Made by a program: the position numbers and the translations under genes. From NCBI GenBank assembly GCA_029942245.1, contig JAOZTN010000004.1, positions 1-56,497 on the forward strand: a stretch of 56,497 nt of DNA, in the 5' to 3' direction. Positions 55,901 through 56,497 of the stretch are shown here, piece after piece. This DNA is from Bacteroidales bacterium (GTDB lineage: Bacteria; Bacteroidota; Bacteroidia; Bacteroidales; B18-G4). Position 1 is the stretch's first letter. Every line of letters starts with the position of its first letter. The notes beneath the pieces were generated by a model. The model searched no databases and was not told the origin of the DNA. It saw only the letters and a program-made list of their open reading frames with translations.

Positions 55901-56273
55901 TGTTTAAGCTTCTCTCCAATGTTTGAATAAATACATTCAGTTTTTCCCCCAGCAAAACGACAATCTCTTTGATCTCCTTATAGTTTTTTTGATCTCTAAG
56001 TGAACCCGTCAGGTATAAGGTTTCTAGGTGGTCAAGGGTTTCGTCATTCGAAGCCTGAGCATAAATGAGGAAATGCAAATATTCCTTAACATACCTTCTT
56101 CGTCCATACCCTTCAACAATATTGGATTTAACAGATTTCGAAGACCTGCGAATCTGGGAAGCAGTTTCGTAACGCTCAAAATCAGGCAGGCCCATAGTCA
56201 TTTTATGAATTGCCAAAACTGATTTCAGTGACAACTCCCAGATATGTAGTTTTTTGTAACTCAATTTATACAA
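55896..56273 (-). CDS. four-helix-bundle protein (23S rRNA intervening-sequence protein family, TIGR02436-like)
   Basis: 125 aa. [54 protein letters not shown] is the typical signature of this family. Confidence 0.85.
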   Translation of the reverse strand: MYKLSYKKLHIWELSLKSVLAIHKMTMGLPDFERYETASQIRRSSKSVKSNIVEGYGRRRYVKEYLHFLIYAQASNDETLDHLETLYLTGSLRDQKNYKEIKEIVVLLGEKLNVFIQTLERSLNK

Positions 56274-56341
56274 TCCTTTGTTTACATATTAATACCCAAA
56301 AAGTAAAAATGTCCCACAAGAATTTTCAAATATTTGTAACC

Positions 56342-56369
56342 AGCAACCAGAAGCCAGTGACCAGCAACC
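56342..56369. repeat. right arm of 28-bp inverted repeat (AGCAACC AGAAGCC AGTGACC AGCAACC)
   Basis: Reverse complement of 55873-55900 with 2 differences. Both differences become G-U pairs in the minus-strand (gene-sense) RNA. Confidence 0.9.
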
Positions 56370-56398
56370 AAAAACAACGAATCAGGATACCTTAATTA

Positions 56399-56430
56399 TT
56401 TGTGTTGAAATATCAAAAGCACTATCTTTG
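56399..56430 (+). promoter_or_regulatory. candidate Bacteroidota promoter for tRNA-Cys (TTTG - 20 nt - TATCTTTG)
   Basis: The -33-like TTTG is at 56399-56402 and TAnnTTTG at 56423-56430. The tRNA starts 13 nt downstream. Confidence 0.55.
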
Positions 56431-56442
56431 CCTCGCAAACCT

Positions 56443-56497
56443 GGTCTCGTGGCCGAGCGGCTAGGCAGGGGTCTGCAAAACCTCGTACAGCGGTTCG
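56443..56497 (+). tRNA. tRNA-Cys (GCA), 3' end cut by window edge
   Basis: Hand-folded. The acceptor is GGTCTCG and the D-arm is GCC-GAGCGGCTA-GGC. The anticodon stem GGGGT/ACCTC carries the loop CTGCAAA. A short variable region is followed by the start of the T-arm (AGCGG TTCG...). Confidence 0.75.

Noticed and set aside
55733-56395. Plus-strand ORFs 55733-55930 and 56210-56395 (peptides such as [12 protein letters not shown])
   Set aside because: Their repetitive peptides are translations of the heptamer-array inverted-repeat arms. They overlap the supported CWC and four-helix-bundle genes, so they are non-coding artefacts.
1-56497. Search for mobile elements, prophage, defence islands, integrases or transposases
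   Set aside because: No transposase, integrase, recombinase, phage structural gene, restriction-modification gene or other recognisable defence gene was found in any frame. Apart from the IVS-like cassette, the window looks like core chromosome.

Overview
The window looks like a densely coding Bacteroidota chromosome segment. Three proteins end in T9SS C-terminal sorting domains, several intergenic regions carry TAnnTTTG -7 promoter boxes, and the gene families are typical of the phylum. I support about 46 protein genes plus a 3'-truncated tRNA-Cys at the right edge. There are no transposases, integrases, CRISPR arrays or rRNA genes. The main blocks, left to right, are as follows. (1) 1-7228: a seven-gene minus-strand operon of TAT-exported Gfo/Idh/MocA oxidoreductases, a TAT-exported xylose-isomerase-like TIM-barrel protein, DoxX and DUF1080 lipoproteins, likely a periplasmic oxidative 3-keto-glycoside cleavage system. 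(2) Two T9SS cargo proteins. (3) S46 and M49-like peptidases. (4) A MacAB-like ABC efflux operon. (5) A BlaI repressor with a BlaR1(M56)-TonB fusion sensor and candidate operators. (6) An orphan histidine kinase. (7) A polyferredoxin plus TAT-exported DUF362 pair. (8) hemW, an EEP-family protein, a GH3-LysE pair and tandem HdeD paralogues. (9) recJ, rodA, mrdA, dut, a flippase and a 1236-aa orphan kinase. (10) A methyltransferase, mnmG, ybeY, an RsbW-like kinase and a DUF4175-like giant coiled-coil protein. (11) A T9SS M1 aminopeptidase, gltX, an AhpD-like protein, folB and a CWC protein. (12) A four-helix-bundle (23S-IVS-protein family) gene next to tRNA-Cys. The most unusual non-coding signal is a dispersed set of short degenerate 7-bp tandem arrays that fill several intergenic regions. 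In one case two such arrays form a 28-bp inverted repeat enclosing the four-helix-bundle gene. An 8-bp tandem array also makes up the whole spacer between two genes of the sugar operon.
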